This document shows, piece by piece, positions 63,880-64,000 of a stretch of 64,000 nucleotides of DNA. This stretch comes from Sphyrna mokarran (Eukaryota). The stretch lies in NCBI GenBank assembly GCA_024679065.1, contig JAGIQG010000011.1:47740001-47804000 (forward strand). The letters run 5' to 3'. Within the stretch, counting starts at the first letter, position 1; each line of letters opens with the position of its first letter. Both the position numbers and the translations under genes were made by a program. Under the pieces are notes generated by a model. The model had not been told where the DNA came from, ran no database searches, and worked only from the letters and a program-made list of their open reading frames with translations.

Positions 63880-64000
63880 ATCATAGAATACCTACAGTGC
63901 AAAAAAAAATCCCATCGAGTCTGCACTGACCACAATCCCACCCAGACCTTATTCCCGTAACCCCACATTATCTACTCTGCTAATCCCTTCACGCTATGGT
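63880..64000 (-). mobile_element. 3' part of an HE1-type SINE, cut by the window end
   Basis: atcatagaa..cctacagtgcaaaa...ccatcgagtctgcactgaccacaatcccaccc matches the other antisense copies. Confidence 0.75.

Overview
Eukaryotic, AT-rich, repeat-dense genomic DNA, almost certainly from a cartilaginous fish (HE1-type V-SINEs, HER1/CR1 LINEs, Deu- and Meta-domain-like SINEs). The window lies inside one large gene on the minus strand, the Rho-GEF kalirin (KALRN). Five canonical GT-AG exons with compatible phases encode the first PH domain, the linker and the first SH3 domain (59295-59485, 56178-56279, 50547-50689, 46913-47015, 17742-17988). Flanking exons were not found and probably lie outside the window. 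The rest is intron filled with CR1, Rex1/Babar, Penelope-like, Gypsy, Harbinger and SINE copies, many nested. The most notable non-obvious structures are: (1) a ~315 bp highly structured retroposed element headed by U2 snRNA nt 2-37, with a short A-tail and 16-bp TSD (candidate shark U2-derived SINE or Keno-like non-autonomous element); (2) Penelope pLTR insertions carrying minimal hammerhead ribozyme motifs, including a ~650 bp near-perfect palindrome; (3) perfect templated inverted duplications abutting a young CR1 tail; (4) young inverted CR1 copies bracketing a frame-preserving two-exon block. Repeat boundaries are approximate and family names come from recognition by eye, not database searches.
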